IMG/VR virus record: IMGVR_UViG_3300044981_000204 | Coordinates: 56,022 to 120,021 of that record | DNA length: 64,000 bases | Strand: one strand, 5' to 3' | From: a virus | Shown: positions 39,010 through 50,444 of the stretch, piece by piece | Position numbering within the stretch: the first letter of the stretch is position 1 | Layout of the letters: each line of letters starts with the position of its first letter | The notes under the pieces: model-generated | The model's database searches: none | The model's input: the letters and a program-made list of their open reading frames with translations, nothing else | Told to the model about the DNA's origin: nothing | Made by a program: the position numbers and the translations under genes

Positions 39010-39246
39010 CCCTCTTCCTTGGTCGGCGCACCACGGGCTCCACGACGACCTCCACCCTTCCCTCGGGAATTAGGTCTGCGGCAACTAGCCTCACCCTGGT
39101 GGCCATGGATGAGGCCCTCGTGGAGGTGGTCACTGCGCCGAACGACACGGACAGGTATCCTGGTCTCGGGGACAATAAGGGCCTCCTAGTCAGCCCAGAC
39201 TCGACCAACCAGTAGCACAACAAATCAGCCATTTCCCTAGTCCTCA

Positions 39247-39828
39247 TTAATTCTCCTGCAAGTTAGCGTCGACGACCGAACTCGACACGACCGCATCGGC
39301 CACGATCTCTTCCAACAACCCAAGGGACACCAGGTGCCTCCTCCACTTCCGGAAGTGGTGGTCGTACGGGTCTGCCCGAACCTGCCTCATCCTGAACGTG
39401 GCATAGTGCCGCCTCATCGCCATCCTTGCCTCGGCAGGAGTGAAGTCCCGGAGCCCCGCCGCGTATAGTGCTCGGACCACGGCGACCCCCTCGGGCTTGC
39501 ACACGTGGTCTATGTTCCAGGAACCGTCCCATGTGAGCTTGTACCTGACGACCTTCTTCCTGACCGAGCCCCCCAGGAAGCCAAAGACCTCAGGCCCAGA
39601 CGGCAGCGGTTCGCCGCGGAGCACCACGGGCGTCCGCGGGTGCAGCGAGAAGAACCCGTCACCCGGGGCAGATGAAGCGACCGATATGACCGTGCCGGGG
39701 GACTGTGCGAACACCTTGATGATGCGGTAGTCTGCGGTGTTGGGCATAGGTCGGTTGTTGAGGGACACCTGCTCAGGGTGTGCCGGCCGGAAGTGGGAGC
39801 CAACCGTCATGGTGCCGAGGAACCGCAT
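39247..39828 (-). CDS. Divergent winged-helix-like paralog 3
   Basis: PEGVAVVRAL...RQVRADPYDHHFRKWRRHLVSLGLLE. Confidence 0.5.
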   Translation of the reverse strand: MRFLGTMTVGSHFRPAHPEQVSLNNRPMPNTADYRIIKVFAQSPGTVISVASSAPGDGFFSLHPRTPVVLRGEPLPSGPEVFGFLGGSVRKKVVRYKLTWDGSWNIDHVCKPEGVAVVRALYAAGLRDFTPAEARMAMRRHYATFRMRQVRADPYDHHFRKWRRHLVSLGLLEEIVADAVVSSSVVDANLQEN

Positions 39829-39837
39829 AGTGCTACC

Positions 39838-40266
39838 CTATGGATCCTTGATCAAGATGGACACAGCCAACTGGACGTCGTGCCACTGCAACCCCACGTC
39901 GGGATCGGGCATAACAAGCTGCTTGGAGAACTCCCCCAAATCGGTTGGTTCGTCGTCCACCACCACGAACGCGCCAACCTCGTTGCGAGCGAGCCAGTAG
40001 CCGACCTCAGCTCCTCGGTCGTCGTCCTCAGACTCGCCCGACTTGTCGAGCACCATCCCCCTGTAGCCCCAGCCCTTAAGCAAGGACGTGAGCTGTTGAA
40101 CGGTTCGCCCGATCCTCCAGTTGCTGATCACTACCACGCTTGCCCCCGTTAGTTGAACTATGGCGTTGAGGTTTGAGATAGCGCCCGCGCTGGGGACCTT
40201 CGTTGGTTTGCAACCCGCATACGGTAGAAGAACACCGTCGAAGTCGAGGAACAGGACCTTAGTCAT
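39838..40266 (-). CDS. HAD phosphatase (Swiss-Army-knife RNA-repair type)
   Basis: LFLDFDGVL, VVISNWR, RGAEV..WL, VVVDD. Confidence 0.8.
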   Translation of the reverse strand: MTKVLFLDFDGVLLPYAGCKPTKVPSAGAISNLNAIVQLTGASVVVISNWRIGRTVQQLTSLLKGWGYRGMVLDKSGESEDDDRGAEVGYWLARNEVGAFVVVDDEPTDLGEFSKQLVMPDPDVGLQWHDVQLAVSILIKDP

Positions 40267-40717
40267 AACCAATCCTCAGTTTTTTGAGGGTCAACATCCT
40301 AATTACCTTGCTAGCGTCGGACCAGATCATCCCCCACGTCGGGTTGACCAGGACCAGCCTCTCCTCGAGTGGCCCCAAGCCCTTCGGGTCGTCGTCGACG
40401 ATCGCGTAGGATTCGACCTGAACCTTCGAGTCCACGAGCCATTCCGCTATCTCCCTCCCGCGGGAATGGTCCCCGTCTACGGGGGTAGCGCCAACTATTG
40501 AACCAGCGAACCCCCACCTCTTGAAGATCTCCGCGAGGTCTTCGTTAGATTTACCGATCCTCCAGTCGCTGGTGACCACCACCTGGGCTGGAACGACGTC
40601 GCAGATCAAGTTCAGCATCGCTATGGCTTCACCGCTCACCGTTGCCGGGCGCTGTTTCTTGTTGGGGCCAGAAAACTTAACAAGTACGCCGTCTATGTCG
40701 CAGAATATGATCTTCAT
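40259..40717 (-). CDS. HAD phosphatase, tandem paralog
   Basis: IFCDIDGVL, VVTSDWR, RGREIAEWL, AIVDDD. Confidence 0.8.
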   Translation of the reverse strand: MKIIFCDIDGVLVKFSGPNKKQRPATVSGEAIAMLNLICDVVPAQVVVTSDWRIGKSNEDLAEIFKRWGFAGSIVGATPVDGDHSRGREIAEWLVDSKVQVESYAIVDDDPKGLGPLEERLVLVNPTWGMIWSDASKVIRMLTLKKLRIGYD

Positions 40718-41487
40718 ACTTGTACGCACACCTTCGGCTCATCCTCGGTGCCACCCGCCTCCAGAAATAAGCAGCTCTCCCTTCCCTTGAGCCTGACGGG
40801 CCTTCCGGCTTCCTTCTCGGCCGCGACCACTTGCTTGACTTCCTCGAGCTTCTCCGGGGAGCGCCACTGCAGTGCCCTGACCATCGCCGCGGGGAGGTCT
40901 CTCCTAGCGTCGTCCTCGACCATCTCCACTATCTCTCGCGCGAGCTGCGTCTTCAGCTCTATTATGCCCTGGTCGGGCGCAAGTAGGACGACCTTGTCGA
41001 CCCAGGTCTCGAGCGCGCTCCAGACCAGGTACGGGACCCTTTTGTCTGCTTTTAAGGAATCCCTTAGCTTGCCCGCGAACACCCTGAGCTGCTTCACGGG
41101 GCACTTGAGGATGGGGTTCAGGCACTCCTCGACGGCCGCCTCGAACCTATCTGCCTCGTCCTTGTCGTGGGCCATTGCGAGCCCTACTATCAGCTCGTGC
41201 CACTTCCCGACGAACTCGTCCACGTCTATCGGCACTTTTTTCTTCCTTCCCGAGCGAAAGCACTCCTCGCTCCCGATCCATATCCAGCACCCGAGCTCCC
41301 TCGCCCACTTAACTGCGGAAAGGGACAGTCGGTGATGCGGCGGCGTGTTGCCCTCTGCGAAGTGGAGCCTACCTATTTCGTAGGTGGCCAACAGCCACGT
41401 GCGGAGACCGGTCGCCTTGAGTTTTTCTTCCGCGACTCTTTCTGCCTCTTCGGTCGTCGGGGTGTGCTCAAGCGTCCAGTCTACCAC
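40714..41487 (-). CDS. Hypothetical helical protein
   Basis: 257-aa packed ORF. Confidence 0.6.
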   Translation of the reverse strand: MVDWTLEHTPTTEEAERVAEEKLKATGLRTWLLATYEIGRLHFAEGNTPPHHRLSLSAVKWARELGCWIWIGSEECFRSGRKKKVPIDVDEFVGKWHELIVGLAMAHDKDEADRFEAAVEECLNPILKCPVKQLRVFAGKLRDSLKADKRVPYLVWSALETWVDKVVLLAPDQGIIELKTQLAREIVEMVEDDARRDLPAAMVRALQWRSPEKLEEVKQVVAAEKEAGRPVRLKGRESCLFLEAGGTEDEPKVCVQV

Positions 41488-41847
41488 CTACCACCCCCAA
41501 AGCTTCTTCCCTGGTTGGGTACCTCAACCCCGTGTCCACGAACCTGTTCCTTCTCTTGTCGCCCACTATCACAGAGAACTTCCGATCCACTCCGTCGAAC
41601 ATCACCATGTAGCAGTTGTCCGGGTCGGACCTCCACCTCATCAGCGGGTCTAGGGGAACTACGGCAACTTTTTCCTTCGCCGCAGAAGAAGCGGCCGAGA
41701 TGCTAGGCCAGGATCCGCACTCGGTGGCCTTGTTGTCGGGGGAGGTCAACACAGACGTGAACTCTTGCCCGTCCTCGGAAAAGATGCGGATCACCCAGAT
41801 CCCCTGGGAGGTGTGCGAGTACTCGGTGGTCCAGGGGGTGCCGCCCA

Positions 41848-42495
41848 TCACTCGCCCTCGCTGACGTGCCCCTCCTCGACCAACCGCTTCCTGTAGAAGT
41901 TCCAGATCTGCAACGGTTTTTGCTTGGTCTTTAGCTGCTCCTCGCCCTCGGTAAGCACCACTTCGATGCTCGCCTCCGTGAAGCTGTCTCGTCCCGTCGC
42001 AGCTAGTAGGTCGAGGACCACCCTCGCCTGCCTCGGCAAGTTTTCATACGCCCTTATCAAGGCGGCCCCCTCGTGGTAGTGGAGGTCGTACCGATTTTCT
42101 TGGGCCCTCTTGGTTGCCGCGTGCCCCGTGACGTTGGCGAATTGGGTCGTGTCCACGTAGTTTAGGATTTCTTCCTCCGTTGCCATGCGGTACTCCCCAA
42201 CCACGCCGTCGGGCCGACCGCGCCACCCCTCGTCTATCCGCTTCTCGTGTGTGAAGCACTCACCAGCTAGGAGCGCTTCCCTAACCCTTGCCGCTAGCCA
42301 GTTCTTCATCCATGGGTTCTGCGCGAGCTGGTCGCAGGCCTCCTCTAGGTCGAGCACCAGAGTCGGAGAACCCATGAGCGAGTAGGAGTCGGGCCACCTG
42401 TGGACCACCACCTTGTTCGACATCCTCCTGCGGTCCTCGCCAGGAGGCGACGTAGCCGGAGCGCCGTTCCCTATCGGGGACTCGTCCATATTCAT
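41848..42495 (-). CDS. Winged-helix-like paralog 4
   Basis: LPRQARVVLDLL...LKTKQKPLQIWNFYRKRLVEEG; TATAAT just upstream. Confidence 0.7.
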   Translation of the reverse strand: MNMDESPIGNGAPATSPPGEDRRRMSNKVVVHRWPDSYSLMGSPTLVLDLEEACDQLAQNPWMKNWLAARVREALLAGECFTHEKRIDEGWRGRPDGVVGEYRMATEEEILNYVDTTQFANVTGHAATKRAQENRYDLHYHEGAALIRAYENLPRQARVVLDLLAATGRDSFTEASIEVVLTEGEEQLKTKQKPLQIWNFYRKRLVEEGHVSEGE

Positions 42496-43922
42496 GAAGT
42501 TTTCCTGTACTTATTATACATCGGCCACACCACTTGTTCTCGGGAATCAAACAATGTGCTTGCTTCCTGATCTCGGAAGAGGTGACACAAAAAATTTGAC
42601 CATGTCATATATCAAATTAACAAATTTGGTTACACCTTGGAACGGACCCGTTGCGGAGTGGGTGACCAAATTGACTACCTTGGACAACAATTTGCCCAAA
42701 TTTTGGCCCCCAAAAACACTACCCAAGGGGCATTGAGCAGACGCTGAATATCCTGAGCCTTTCTCGGAACCACTCGGAGTAGTTGTGCGATTGGGCGTAC
42801 AGGTACGTCCTTACGCAGTAGTCGACCGCGACTGGGTATGTCGGAAAAACAGTCGCTCCCGAACCATACATCAGGACGTTGTCGTTGGCTGGCGACAGGG
42901 CTAGCGGCCGCAGGCCGCACACCACCCACCCGAGGAATCCCTTTTCTTGCTCCGCGCGGGAGACCGCGCCAACCACTAGGATGTTGCTGATCGCCTTGAC
43001 TGCGACCTCGTCGCGAGTGAAGGGCAGCCTCTCGTCGTCGGTGAACGGAACAACTTCTTCCATGGTCCTTAGCATTCTTTCCCCTTTTTCTCCGCTTTGT
43101 TTAGCTCGTTGACCTTCTTCTCGCCACATCGCCGGCAGAACTTGCCGCACGAGTTGTTGCGGTTGTTCACCACTTCCACGGTAGCCCTCGCCACGTTGCA
43201 TCGGGTGCAGCGCACTTCTATGTGCCTCAAGTATGCCATGCTACTAAAACAAGAACCCTTGCCCCTTCTCGTCGACCCACATCTTGGGCTCCTGCCTGGG
43301 GAGCTCTTTCCACATTGGACGCAGCAATTCTACGCACTCCTGTGGGCTTAACCCGCACATCTCCGATAGGTGCTTGGCCGTCAGTGGCGTCTGCTCCGGC
43401 GGCCAGGCCACGGGCCCAGGCTCCGGCCGAGGTCCCCCCGGAGGGGGCACCTCGGTTTGTTGCACTAGAGTAAACTCTCGCGCGCCCCGCTCGATCCTGA
43501 GCCTCTCCAGCGGGGAGTGGCAGTCGTCCGGGGCATGGCCCCACGCCCTCGCGACGCTAGGGTCGCGCATCGACTCCGACCACGACTCCCGAGTGAGCTC
43601 GACGTGGTCGTGGGTTCCGTCGAACAATACCTTGTGCAGAACTAGCGCCATGGCTACATCCCGTGCAGGTAGTCGTAGAGGCGGATCATTTCCGCGTCTT
43701 CAGGATCCGAGGAAAGGCCCAACGTCTCCGACTTCCCTGAGCACTCCAAAAAACCTAGCTCACAATCTCCGGCGCTAACGGCTTCTATGGTGGAGTCGGG
43801 CCAGTGCCTCTGCAGCGCGAGCCTGAAGTACCTCTCGACTAGCTGGTGAACTAGCTCGTTTGGGAAGATGACGGGAACTAGCTTTTCTATGCCGGCGATC
43901 CTCGCCTTGAACATGACGTACT

Positions 43923-44678
43923 TCACCGCTCGACCTGCCTTTGGTTCTGTCCTATCGGCAAATTTTCCGCGTCCCTTCTTCCGCGACGCCACCCCTCGTC
44001 GTTGCGGAGGCCTCTCCCGCCTAGTCCCGAAGCCTTGGTGGTGAAGTTCTTCATGTAGGTTCTGGTCGTTTCCAGCGCGTCGGTCAGCCTTACCATGGCA
44101 AGGTTGGTGGAGGCGTAGGTTCGTCGCGCCCTCTCCTCCTCTTCCCTGTACCGCTCCGCGAGCCTGTGCGTGAACCCCTCAAGGTACGAGGTGCGGAACC
44201 CTCTCGCTGCTTCCACGTCTCCCGCTCGCCTGCACTCGTGGAAGAACCTGACATATTCCCGGTCCGCCAGGTTGTCTGCCACTCGTACGAGGTACAGGAA
44301 GACCTGCTCAGCGGCGTCGAGGTCGGACCCTCGGCCGTAGAACCAGAGGTGGGAGCTTCCGCGGGTGACCGCGAACGTGCAAAAATACGCTCGACACGCT
44401 AGGTCTGCCAGCGTCTCCTGCCACCCCACCCTGCACCGCCGAACGGTTATGCCAGCAGAGTGGAAGTCGACCAACCTACGCGACATCGGGTCGACCTCAT
44501 CCTGCTCACGTTGCTGGATCTCGCTAAGCTCTATCTTGTGGATCGACAGGAGCTCCTTGATCTTGGCCGCGAAGGCCAGCGCCTCGGCCTCCGACCCGAT
44601 GAGTTCTGCAGACTTCTGCTTGGCGTAGGCCTTCTTGAGCTTGTCGAGGATCCTACCTCGTTCGGCCTGGTCCGTCAT
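43923..44678 (-). CDS. DUF2786-domain protein
   Basis: ILDKLKK...EAEALAFAAKIKELL..H; SYLEGF; GWRRG. Confidence 0.75.
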   Translation of the reverse strand: MTDQAERGRILDKLKKAYAKQKSAELIGSEAEALAFAAKIKELLSIHKIELSEIQQREQDEVDPMSRRLVDFHSAGITVRRCRVGWQETLADLACRAYFCTFAVTRGSSHLWFYGRGSDLDAAEQVFLYLVRVADNLADREYVRFFHECRRAGDVEAARGFRTSYLEGFTHRLAERYREEEERARRTYASTNLAMVRLTDALETTRTYMKNFTTKASGLGGRGLRNDEGWRRGRRDAENLPIGQNQRQVER

Positions 44679-45127
44679 TCCTCACACCTCTCTAGGAGCA
44701 GGACTGGCACCTGTAGGAAGCGGGCGTACCTCACAGTGGACCATGTGCCGGACCTAAGGACCTCGACCATCCACAGCGGGGCTACTATGAGTAGGTCCTT
44801 GCCCGATCGTACGACGTCTCGGTTCCTCTCCAGTGGTGGCAGCCCATCGGCGACGTGGTCGGCGTCCGGCGGGATGACTACTCGCGCGCTCGCGGTGGAC
44901 GGATGGACCGATATGAACAGCGAGCTTCCGCAAACCCGGCGGGCAATGGCGTGGCACTCGGCGTCGGCGCCGACACACCCGCCGTGGGAGAGCGAGAATA
45001 TGCTATTTTTGTGGTCTAGCAGGAACTGCTCCAGCTGGGCTTTTTGTGCCTCGGACATGCCTTCCCTGGTTCCGGAAAACGAGATCATGGCGTTTTGGGG
45101 AAGCAGCACGTTTGTTTCCTTACTCAC
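44675..45127 (-). CDS. SLOG (YspA/DprA-like) family protein
   Basis: SFSGTREGM, HGGCVGAD, LERN, RSGTWSTVRYA. Confidence 0.75.
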   Translation of the reverse strand: MSKETNVLLPQNAMISFSGTREGMSEAQKAQLEQFLLDHKNSIFSLSHGGCVGADAECHAIARRVCGSSLFISVHPSTASARVVIPPDADHVADGLPPLERNRDVVRSGKDLLIVAPLWMVEVLRSGTWSTVRYARFLQVPVLLLERCEE

Positions 45128-45609
45128 ATTGATGGATCGAACCTACCCATGATGTAGGTCGGACGCCTCTCGCTCATCGGGGGACAGACCGCCAAGATCC
45201 GCCAACCCTCGTCCAATTTAGCCTGCAGGTAGCTGGTGCAAGCATCTTCCAGCACCGCCACACTGTTGATGTTCAGCAGTGAGAAGTTCGGGACGTGGAC
45301 CTGGACCACGGAGCCACTCAACAGCTGTTGCTTGACCAGGTACCCGTCAGCCTCAAGGGCTTTCAGCCGCTCCTCCAACCCTAGCTTCGAGAAGAAGCCG
45401 CAGGCCTTGTAGGGACTTATGTCGGCAGTTAGCCCGGTGGCGTCCAGCAGGACGACGAGCTGATCCAGGTTTACCACTCCCTTGGCCCCGTACATGTACT
45501 CGCCGGACCTTTCGGCGCTGGGGAACAGCTCCTTGAGCATGTTGAGCTTCTCATCTGAGAGGTTCTTGGCAGCTTCCGTGAACCCCGAGATACTAGCAAT
45601 TATCAGCAC
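45124..45609 (-). CDS. Hypothetical phage protein
   Basis: DACTSYLQAKLDEGWRILAVCP...RRPTYIMG motif. Confidence 0.6.
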   Translation of the reverse strand: MLIIASISGFTEAAKNLSDEKLNMLKELFPSAERSGEYMYGAKGVVNLDQLVVLLDATGLTADISPYKACGFFSKLGLEERLKALEADGYLVKQQLLSGSVVQVHVPNFSLLNINSVAVLEDACTSYLQAKLDEGWRILAVCPPMSERRPTYIMGRFDPSM

Positions 45610-45794
45610 TAGGCGCCTCCTTGGGCAACTTCGCCTCTTCGACTAGGATCCGGTATATCTTCTTGCCATCGTGGAAGTCGGGGTCTCGCGCTGAAATGGC
45701 CTCGTCGAGGGTCTGGTACTCATAGTCGGCAGAATTGCCTGCCATCTCTAGCGCGTTGTCTTCGTCCCTAGCAAATATGTAGAATTCCACGTAC

Positions 45795-46370
45795 TCATCC
45801 TCCACCGCCCACCTCCTGCCCGAACTGTGCCAGCACCTTGGCAGCTTCGGTCCGCTCAAGGTACTGTTGCCGCACCTGGGGGTTGTTGAACGTCACTATG
45901 TGCGTCGCGGTTCCCCCGTCGAACTTCTTGAAGGGTTTTATGGGTCGCACGACCGCTATGAGGCTGCGAGCGTATAGCGTGTCCTTGATCAAGACGTGGG
46001 ACGCGGCGATGTTTTCCAATTGGGGACCCACCGCCAAGGCGGCTACCTCCGCCGGAAGCGTTGGCTGCATCGCCAGCGACCAGGGCTTTAGGTTAACCCC
46101 CCTGAAGAACACGGCCTGGCGCGGCTTGCCGAGGCTGCCCAACACCTGCCTAGACTCGCGCTTGAACTCGAAGACGTTCTCGAGTATGTCGTACATCCTA
46201 GCCGCGGACATCAATTCCCTGTCGTTGCACGGGAAGTGGCGGAAGTAGGCACTGCTGATCGTGGTTCCGCGCACCCCTAGGTCGTCGCCCTCGTCGCACT
46301 CCTCGACCAAGAAGCGCAGGACGCTCTGCTCCTGCCTCTTCTTTCTCTCGTCCCTCTCGGCCCTAACCAC
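45795..46370 (-). CDS. Protein with primase-D5-like C-terminal wHTH signature
   Basis: VLRFLVEEC...AY...FFRGVNLK. Confidence 0.45.
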   Translation of the reverse strand: MVRAERDERKKRQEQSVLRFLVEECDEGDDLGVRGTTISSAYFRHFPCNDRELMSAARMYDILENVFEFKRESRQVLGSLGKPRQAVFFRGVNLKPWSLAMQPTLPAEVAALAVGPQLENIAASHVLIKDTLYARSLIAVVRPIKPFKKFDGGTATHIVTFNNPQVRQQYLERTEAAKVLAQFGQEVGGGG

Positions 46371-47403
46371 CCCGAACCTCCACTAGTTTTTCTTCCTTAG
46401 CCAGTTCTCCGCACACCAGCGTGGGCTCTATCCACAGCTGCTTTCTTAGGGACTTGCCGGGGCCGTGGGGCTGGTTGGTGAAGTGCCCCCGCCTCCAGTG
46501 CATCCTTGGCGAGGCGTGGGTGCCCCCGCGTGGCTCGGACTTAGGCCGGTAGTGCTGCCCAACTATGTTCGGCGACCAGACCCTAGGCCACGGCTTGTTG
46601 TTTTTCTGCGGAACCTTGTGGTGCACCGACTCGGGCGTGAAGAGGGTCGGCCTCGAGGCCATGGCAAGCAGCGTCCCGAACAGGACCACGCCCAAGTCCT
46701 CGAGGAAGGAAGAATCCTCCGACGTTAGGTCGGAGTCGAGCAGGCATCCCGAAACGATGGAGGGGATGGTTTCCTCGTCACCTAGGTAGAACAGGTTCCG
46801 GAGCTTTAGGGTTGGTCGGTACTCGGTCGAGAGGTTCGAGTCGTACCACACGGGAACGTCGCCATACGGAAGGCACGCGACCATCGCGAACGCCCCCTTG
46901 GTGGTTATCTCCACGTCGCACATGCCCTTGGAAGGCACGTCCCACACGGGCTTCTTGTAGGTTCCCGCCACTATGCGGGACCAGATCATGAACGCGACCT
47001 CGCCGTCCTTAGGGTGCGTCAGGCCGCCGTGCGGCAGCACGAGCACGCCGTGCTCGTACGGCAGTCGCATGTTGACCCAATCGATGTCCCCGTCGAAGTC
47101 GGTCCTCTGCACAGCTCTCATCAGGTCCGGGGCCAAGAATAGCAGCGGCACCGACCTATCCTGCAGGTACCTCACGGCGGGGTACATTAGCTTGAACGCG
47201 TTCCCGGTCTTCTCTATGCCCCCCAGCGAGTGCGTTTGGTACAGCCCGGTGCAGAGCAAGGCGCCGATGTCCTTCGGCGAGATGTACCCTCGGCACTCCA
47301 CGTACCTGCGCGGGTAGAGGGACGCCATGGCGATCGGGAACTTCTCCCGCAGGTCCAACGAGAAGTTGTGGAACCACGGCGGGAGGCAAGGGGCAGGAAC
47401 CAC
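46363..47403 (-). CDS. Conserved phage hypothetical protein
   Basis: C-terminal HASPRMHWRRGH...WIEPTLV. Confidence 0.7.
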   Translation of the reverse strand: MVPAPCLPPWFHNFSLDLREKFPIAMASLYPRRYVECRGYISPKDIGALLCTGLYQTHSLGGIEKTGNAFKLMYPAVRYLQDRSVPLLFLAPDLMRAVQRTDFDGDIDWVNMRLPYEHGVLVLPHGGLTHPKDGEVAFMIWSRIVAGTYKKPVWDVPSKGMCDVEITTKGAFAMVACLPYGDVPVWYDSNLSTEYRPTLKLRNLFYLGDEETIPSIVSGCLLDSDLTSEDSSFLEDLGVVLFGTLLAMASRPTLFTPESVHHKVPQKNNKPWPRVWSPNIVGQHYRPKSEPRGGTHASPRMHWRRGHFTNQPHGPGKSLRKQLWIEPTLVCGELAKEEKLVEVRGG

Positions 47404-48290
47404 CTGACTACTGCTCCCTCATTAGGAGGTCTACCGCTCGCCTTATTGAGTTGGATAGCGATTGCGCCCCTGAATGGGCCGAGGATAGTTCCTCCAACAA
47501 CCGCTTATGCAGCACCTTCGCTGCGTTCCTGACCACCCGGCTGTCGCTACCTCTTCCGGAGGTGACGAAGTTCCAGCAACTTAGGCAAGCTGCTCCTACC
47601 AAGGACGCCCCGACCTCGTTCGCGCATCCGGGAACCACGCACCTACTTGTGCCTGCCATGTGGAACCTCCGTTCCGTCCGCAGCAACCGCCTTGTCACCG
47701 GCGCCCTTATAGGGAACGAGCTCCTCCTGCGCCTGGGCGACGGAGGTCGTTATGGACACGTCCCCGTCCGGTCCGGCGCTGACCCTAGCTTCGAGCTTGG
47801 TCACCTCGCCGCCGTGCATGAGGAGGTTCAACAGCTGCTTGTCGCGGGAGTTCTCGGGGACGAGCCTCACGACCGAGGTGCCGTTCTCGAACTTGAACTG
47901 GGCCCTCACCACCTCACGCCTCGTCCATCTGCGACGCCCTCACCTCGTAGCGGTGGCTGAACTCAGCGGACGCCTTGCAGGCGGGGCAAAAGACCTTCCC
48001 AGTCGCCATTATGCCGTAGTAGTGAACCTGGCGCTTTTTGCCGGGCGGGCGGAACTCGTCCCATCTCTCGAGGTCGTACTCGAGCTCGAGCTCTTCCGAG
48101 CACCCGTCTATGTGTTCGACGGGCGAGTCGAAGTCGACGTCGAAGGACGCGGTCTGGAGGTCGGTGCCGCACTCCGCGCAGGAGTTGACTATCTCTATCG
48201 TGCCCGAGACCTCGGCGCCCTCGATGGACAGGTCGCCCGTTGGCTCAGATCCTGAGTCAAGTCCCACGAACTTCTGACAGTCGCCGCACC

Positions 48291-48899
48291 TCATCCGGCC
48301 ACCGCGCCGACTGCGGGGGAGATCTTGATGAACCCGTTGTCTACCAACTTGGACCTGTAGTAGAGCATGATTCGGACTGGATCCTGGCGGGTTCGCAGTC
48401 TTTCTGCTGACTTGGGCTCCTTAAGCCTTGATTCGAGGAGTGTCGAGCTGAACGACGTCGCGCCGTTCTCCTTGGCGATCTCCGCCATCATGAGCAGGAG
48501 CTCCCTCGCCTGGGGCGCGAGGCTCCCGATGGCCTTCTCGTCGAGGACCGGGAGAAGCTCTATGGTCTCCGGGACCTTGGAGCGCCTCGCGCCCGCGGCA
48601 GGGCGCGAGGACGGCTCGGCGCTCGGCTTGACGGCGCCGCCGTACTCTGGCAGCTTGCCTATTTGATAGAACACGCTCTCCTTGGCGACCTCGCGGGCCT
48701 TGAACTTCTTCAGCGGCACCCCGGCCACGGCCGAGTACAGCTCGTTGAGTTCCTCGATGGGCATCACCTCTATCTGCTCTCGCGTCGCGAGCTCGCTGCC
48801 CTCGGGCAGCTTCGACGGGTCGCTCGTTCGGAAGTGCCTACCGTTTATCCTAGCCACGACGAGCGGCGCGGTAGGCGCCGCAGTTGGATTGTTGTCCAT
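48291..48899 (-). CDS. Winged-helix-like paralog 5
   Basis: LAPQARELL...LRTRQDPVRIMLYYRSKLVDNG; SD AAGGA. Confidence 0.72.
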   Translation of the reverse strand: MDNNPTAAPTAPLVVARINGRHFRTSDPSKLPEGSELATREQIEVMPIEELNELYSAVAGVPLKKFKAREVAKESVFYQIGKLPEYGGAVKPSAEPSSRPAAGARRSKVPETIELLPVLDEKAIGSLAPQARELLLMMAEIAKENGATSFSSTLLESRLKEPKSAERLRTRQDPVRIMLYYRSKLVDNGFIKISPAVGAVAG

Positions 48900-49387
48900 G
48901 TTCGTCCTTCTCCCTTGTGTTGTTCGCTACTTGCCCTGGTCTATCTGCGCGAAGGGGGGCTTGACGGTCCTGACCAAGACCTCCACCTGTTCCACCACCT
49001 CGACCGAGGCGGTAGCTAGTTGCACCTTGTTGAGGGCTCTGAACTCCTCGGCCGCCCAGCGGTCCACCCACCGGCCGTCCCCGGAAAACACCGCTTGCCT
49101 GGGCGGGTTTAGCTCAACCCCCCTCAGCTTCGCCACGTACTTTTTCAATGCTACCTCCGCCGTAGTTCCTACGTAACCATCTTCGCGACGTTGGCGTCGA
49201 GCTGGCATTTGGGGCAGACCTGCTCTACCAGGTGCTTGATCCTGGTCCCGGTCAGCGTCGGGAACGCGGCCGAGTGGGGAACCCCCTTCGACCTGGCCTC
49301 CAGGCCCGAGGCTGGCACCTCGAACTCGTCGATGTCGCCGCACTTGCGGCATTTTATCTGGACCCTGGTCGTTCGCTCGGCCACGAG

Positions 49388-49726
49388 CTAGTCCTCGTCC
49401 TCGTCGAAGTCTCCGTCATCCTGGACCTCGTCCTCGTCGAAGTCTCCGTCATCTTGGTCCTCGACCCCGTCCTTGGGCTCGCAAACCTCCATGAGGGCGC
49501 AGAGCAGGTTGTTGTAGTCGCCCGACGTGCACTTGTCGAGCACCGCGTCGACGTCTTCCTTGGGCCACCGCTCTCGCTGCGCTTGGCGCTTGAACGCGCC
49601 CATGAGGGCAAAGGCGTTGCCGTCCAGTCCCACTAGGTTTAGGTCCACCTTCTTGCCTGATGTGAGGACCTCCTCGAAGGTCCTCTTGGTCGCTACTTCT
49701 TGCATGGTTCGTCCTCCTTTACCCAT
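49388..49726 (-). CDS. Conserved phage protein with duplicated acidic tail
   Basis: LVGLDGNAFALMG...SGDYNNLL; QDDGDFDEDE x2 (30-bp tandem). Confidence 0.7.
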   Translation of the reverse strand: MGKGGRTMQEVATKRTFEEVLTSGKKVDLNLVGLDGNAFALMGAFKRQAQRERWPKEDVDAVLDKCTSGDYNNLLCALMEVCEPKDGVEDQDDGDFDEDEVQDDGDFDEDED

Positions 49727-49976
49727 CTTTGGACCGCAGGTCGATCCCGAGGTCGCACAGCTCGGACCACTCGGTCGAGTCCATCAGGCTCGCCCCGGAT
49801 AGGAACTTGTTCCTGAGTTCCCCCAGGAGGCGGTCGACCCTTCCCAGGCATGCCAACCTAACGACGGCCTTTTCTTTCTCAAGGAGCGGCTGGGCCTTCT
49901 GCGACCCCAGCTTCTTCGCCAGGGCCAAGAACGAGCCGCCCGCTTCTTCGAGCTGCTGGATGTAGCGGTGCATGCC

Positions 49977-50444
49977 CTAGGCCCACCTCAGGCAGTCGGC
50001 GTTCAGGAGCGTGGACCGGTAGTACTGAAGTAGGCGCACCGGGCTCTGCCTCGTGCGGATAGCCCCGCGAGCTGCGCCGGCGGCGACCAGGTCGAAGACG
50101 TCGGGCTCGGGGATCTCGGCCACCCTAGTGATCTTCCCGGTCTTGGGGTCTTTCTTGTCGACCCCGTACTTCTGCATCACCGCTGGGTCGAAGAGGACCT
50201 GCTGCAGTTGCGCCACCTGGGGTGTGCTGTGCCACCGCGGCGGCTGCTTCAGCAGCGTGTACACCACGTTTGGCCTAGGCTTGCTTCCGGACGCCACCCG
50301 CCTGGACTCTCGACCGGCCTTGGCTGCCTCCAGCTTCTCTGTTAGCTCGTCCACCATCGACATCGGCGCGGCTGCCGCAGCCGGAGCGCCGAGGACGGGT
50401 TCTTTCGCGACGGCGGCGGCCGCCGACTTTTGCTTCCTTGCCAT
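49977..50444 (-). CDS. Winged-helix-like paralog 6
   Basis: TPQVAQLQQVL...IRTRQSPVRLLQYYRSTLLNAD; SD AAGGAG, promoter at 50491. Confidence 0.72.
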   Translation of the reverse strand: MARKQKSAAAAVAKEPVLGAPAAAAAPMSMVDELTEKLEAAKAGRESRRVASGSKPRPNVVYTLLKQPPRWHSTPQVAQLQQVLFDPAVMQKYGVDKKDPKTGKITRVAEIPEPDVFDLVAAGAARGAIRTRQSPVRLLQYYRSTLLNADCLRWA

